DNA of 17,686 bases. Source: a bacterium. Lineage in GTDB: Bacteria; Oederibacteriota; PGYV01; Palsa-1178. Positions within the stretch are counted from its first letter, which is position 1. Each line of letters opens with the position of its first letter. This document shows positions 15,541 to 17,686 of the stretch, piece by piece. The notes beneath the pieces were generated by a model, which saw only the letters and a list, made by a program, of their open reading frames with translations, made no database searches and was not told the origin of the DNA. The position numbers and the translations under genes were made by a program. The stretch lies in assembly GCA_037138355.1 (NCBI GenBank), contig JBAXIL010000038.1, positions 1 to 17,686 of the forward strand, given 5' to 3'.

Positions 15541-17686
15541 ATGGGAATAGTGAAAGACGAGAGTTCATATATCAAAATTATGAACTTTTTTATTTCTTTC
15601 TTTCCAAAATTAAATATCAATACATATATTTTGATATTATCTATGTTCTTATTGGGGTTTACAGTAAATGTTTCAGCGCAGGTCTGTGTAAGCTACGATA
15701 ATGGTCAAATAGTAACTGCTGCTTCTACAACTTCTTTTACAACTCCGAGTTTCGCGGTAGCAAATGTGAGCAATAGAATGTTAATAGCAAGTATATGGAC
15801 GAGTGCTTCTGCTAATAGTCTAAAATTATACTATGGCCCAATTACTATGACGGCTTTAGCAACAATTAATAATGGTACTAGCTCTTATCTAAATGTATTT
15901 TATCTTGCCGACCCAGCAGCAGGAGCAAGTATGGTGGTAACAGGTACTTGGAGCGGTAATAGAAATTATGCAGCAGCAGCAGCTGTGTACAATGGTGTTG
16001 GGAGCATTGGTGCTGTCTCATCAATAAATACCGATTCTACCAGCCCTTACTCTTTGACTCTTACGACAACATCTGACGATTCATATCATATAGGAATTTT
16101 GGGATACTCAAACGGTACTTTGCCTACAGTAACCAATGGAACAGCAAGAAAAGGAATTGCGACTTCTGGAAGAACAATATTAATAGCAGATAATTTTGTA
16201 ATGAACAATAATACCAATGATACGATTTCAATGACAGGTGGAAATAATGCTGCTGCTCTATATTCCTTAGAACTAATTCCACTTGATTGTGCATTTACTG
16301 CTACATTTACTGATACAGTTACAGATACAGTTACAAATACTCCTACATATACGGTTACTAATACAGTTACAAACACATTCACCAATACAGTTACTAAAAC
16401 GGTGACAAATACTTATACAGTAACAAACACTGCGACAAATACAGCAACCAATACTATTACAAATACATTTACAAATACATATACAAAGACGATTACAAAT
16501 ACAATTACAAATACATCCACGGTAACAAATACTTTTACCAATACTGTGACGAATACAGTAACTCAAACTCCAACAGGAACGAGAACATGGACCATATCTC
16601 AAACTCCAACACAAACACGAACATGGACCATATCTCAAACACCAACACGAACGAGAACCTGGACTATCACACCGACATTTACTGTTACAGATACAATAAC
16701 TCCAACCATAACAGAAACATTTACTCCAATGTCTATCGGAACACCTGGTTGTTCAACTGGTTGGAATATTGTCTCAGGTGGAACTTATGCACAGACTATT
16801 ACAAATGGCATACAGTTAACCGATGGAGGAACATATCAGTATGCGGCCATGTGGGCTAATACATTAATCGATTTAAACCAAAGCTTCACTGTTAGTTATG
16901 ACATGGTATTTAGTGCTCAAGGAGTTTCGCATGCGGCGGGAGCGGATGGTATCGCTTTTGTTATGCATCAAGACCCACGCGGAGTTCAAGCTCTTGGTAA
17001 TTCTACACTCGGTGAAAATATAGGTTATGGTGGAGTTGGCGGAGTTGCTGGACAAGCAGTTTCCCCTTCAGTAATTGCAGAAATGGACACATATTATAAT
17101 TCTGCGGAAAATGATCCAACTTATGACCACATATCTTTGCATTTAGATGGCGACCCAAATGAAGCAAATGATCCTGTTCCTTATGCCTGCGGAAAAGCTG
17201 ATTGTTCACCTATGGATGATGGTTTGATACATCGCTGTACTGTAGTTTGGAATGCTACAACTCATACTTTAACTTATTCCTTTGATGGAGTTCAAAAGCA
17301 GCAGTGGACTAATGATATAGTGAATAATATATTTGGAGGAAATAAAGATGTGTATTGGGGTTTTACTGCTTCAACTGGTGCACAGGTTAATGTTCAACAG
17401 GTATTGTTAGTGGCTTGCTATTCTCCATCACCCACATCTACAGAATCATCCACGGTGACAAATACGCCAACATATACAGTAACCAATACACCAACAAACA
17501 CAATTACTAACACATACACAAAAACAAATACTAATACGCCAACAAATACTGCAACGAACACATATACAATAACAAACACATTTACAAAGACAGTAACAAA
17601 TACAGTCACTAATACAGTAACAAACACTTTCACAAATACATTTACAAACACAGTGACTAATACTGTTACCAATACAGTGACGAATA
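15541..17686 (+). CDS. Large secreted/surface protein with an L-type (legume-like) lectin domain and alternating-Thr tracts; 3' end lies beyond the window
   Basis: Hand translation shows frame 1 open from 15481 to the window end, giving 715 codons from ATG 15541. Signal peptide ...ILILSMFLLGFTVNVSA|QVC. Lectin motifs IQLTD, GADGIAFV, EMDTYYN, DDGLIH, VYWGFTASTG at about 16750-17418. Probably absent from the ORF track because it has no stop. Start codon uncertain. Confidence 0.9.
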   Translation, partial: MGIVKDESSYIKIMNFFISFFPKLNINTYILILSMFLLGFTVNVSAQVCVSYDNGQIVTAASTTSFTTPSFAVANVSNRMLIASIWTSASANSLKLYYGPITMTALATINNGTSSYLNVFYLADPAAGASMVVTGTWSGNRNYAAAAAVYNGVGSIGAVSSINTDSTSPYSLTLTTTSDDSYHIGILGYSNGTLPTVTNGTARKGIATSGRTILIADNFVMNNNTNDTISMTGGNNAAALYSLELIPLDCAFTATFTDTVTDTVTNTPTYTVTNTVTNTFTNTVTKTVTNTYTVTNTATNTATNTITNTFTNTYTKTITNTITNTSTVTNTFTNTVTNTVTQTPTGTRTWTISQTPTQTRTWTISQTPTRTRTWTITPTFTVTDTITPTITETFTPMSIGTPGCSTGWNIVSGGTYAQTITNGIQLTDGGTYQYAAMWANTLIDLNQSFTVSYDMVFSAQGVSHAAGADGIAFVMHQDPRGVQALGNSTLGENIGYGGVGGVAGQAVSPSVIAEMDTYYNSAENDPTYDHISLHLDGDPNEANDPVPYACGKADCSPMDDGLIHRCTVVWNATTHTLTYSFDGVQKQQWTNDIVNNIFGGNKDVYWGFTASTGAQVNVQQVLLVACYSPSPTSTESSTVTNTPTYTVTNTPTNTITNTYTKTNTNTPTNTATNTYTITNTFTKTVTNTVTNTVTNTFTNTFTNTVTNTVTNTVTN
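16297..16728 (+). repeat. Thr-X dipeptide tract 1 (144 codons, 6-nt periodic ACN-NNN)
   Basis: TATFTDTVTDTVTNTPTYTVTNTV...TITPTITETFTP. Of the 72 alternate positions, 70 are Thr and 2 are Ser. Confidence 0.95.
16561..16668 (+). repeat. Three tandem 36-nt coding repeats, (T/S)QTPTxTRTWTI
   Basis: Units at 16561-16596, 16597-16632 and 16633-16668, with x = G, Q, R. Confidence 0.9.
17422..17686 (+). repeat. Thr-X dipeptide tract 2, truncated by the window end
   Basis: SPSPTSTESSTVTNTPTYTVTNTPTNTITNTYTKTNT...TNTVTNTVTN, with Thr or Ser at every second residue. Confidence 0.95.

Noticed and set aside
282..15620. Short minus-strand ORFs in the track that overlap housekeeping genes or the start of the secreted protein gene
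   Set aside because: They are antisense to well-supported genes and have no recognisable motifs.
16561..16668. 36-nt repeats as a CRISPR array
   Set aside because: The units are contiguous with no spacers, lie in frame within a coding region, and no cas genes are present.
16086..17672. Track ORFs over the 3' region (Val-rich and Cys-rich minus-strand ORFs, and 16587-16859 +)
   Set aside because: They are shadows of the periodic ACN codons of the long frame-1 gene.
16297..17686. Identity with InaZ-type ice nucleation proteins
   Set aside because: It lacks the AGYGST 16-residue repeat and regular Gly turns. Only the generic TxT pattern is shared.

Overview
AT-rich bacterial chromosomal segment. 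All supported long genes are on the + strand. In order: MFS transporter, YvyF-like zinc-ribbon protein, phosphoglucomutase/phosphomannomutase, then a housekeeping run ftsK - lolA-like - rodZ - yajQ - rimO - pgsA - pgpA - mfd. The LolA-like gene suggests a diderm organism. No mobile elements, CRISPR arrays, tRNA or rRNA genes were seen. Two notable elements are missing from the ORF track. (1) A candidate stand-alone micro-gene between pgm and ftsK, with its own promoter, Shine-Dalgarno (SD) site and terminator, encodes the 12-aa peptide MAKKKAAKKKKK. Two tandem DnaA-box matches lie upstream. (2) A secreted protein of at least 715 aa runs off the right edge. It has two Cys-bracketed globular domains (an unnamed domain and an L-type lectin domain) separated by strictly alternating Thr-X tracts. 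A perfect sigma70 consensus promoter at bases 1-29 points leftward out of the window. All calls were made by eye from motifs; no searches were run.
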